Part shown: piece after piece, positions 33,901 to 34,004 of the stretch
How positions within the stretch are numbered: the stretch's first letter is position 1
Layout of the letters: every line of letters starts with the position of its first letter
DNA from: Dicyema japonicum
Taxonomy: Eukaryota; Animalia; Dicyemida
Assembly: GCA_011109175.1 (NCBI GenBank)
Contig: RDEW01000011.1
Coordinates: 939,406 to 973,409, forward strand
Length of the DNA: 34,004 bases
Direction of reading: 5' to 3'
Notes under the pieces: generated by a model
What the model saw: the letters and a program-made list of their open reading frames with translations, nothing else
What the model was told of the DNA's origin: nothing
Database searches by the model: none
Translations under genes and position numbers: made by a program

Positions 33901-34004
33901 GAAATCAAATATCCTACTTTTGCTTGAATCATATCCACACACCAAATGATGAAGGCAAAGACACCATCAAAAGAGACGAGCTGAGGTCTTATCAAATACT
34001 CATG

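Overview
This is AT-rich eukaryotic (very likely animal) nuclear DNA from a draft scaffold, with two N-gaps and four single-N joins. There are no prokaryotic features such as CRISPR, operons or rRNA/tRNA. Five host genes can be reconstructed by splicing tiny introns, mostly 21-31 nt with a mode of 24 nt: mitochondrial malonyl-CoA:ACP transacylase (MCAT, +), TEX10/Ipi1 (+), two co-oriented SLC6 Na+/Cl- amino-acid-type transporter paralogs (-) and the cohesin kleisin RAD21 (-). Intergenic DNA is full of decayed non-LTR retrotransposons from three lineages (RTE-like, I-group Ingi/Vingi-like, CRE-like), plus isolated ~100-nt LINE 3' ends and many two-copy tandem duplications. Micro-introns at ancestral-looking animal positions suggest a reduced parasite such as a dicyemid, but this is inference. 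The most interesting signals are: the micro-intron system, including a GC-AG intron and stopless 3n introns; mosaic divergence of the SLC6 pair; a TATA box exactly 31 nt from the ATG in both paralogs; an inverted MCAT remnant; and a structured LINE 3' end inserted with a TSD just upstream of MCAT. I found no convincing wholly novel multi-gene system. All alignments were done by eye from recalled family motifs.
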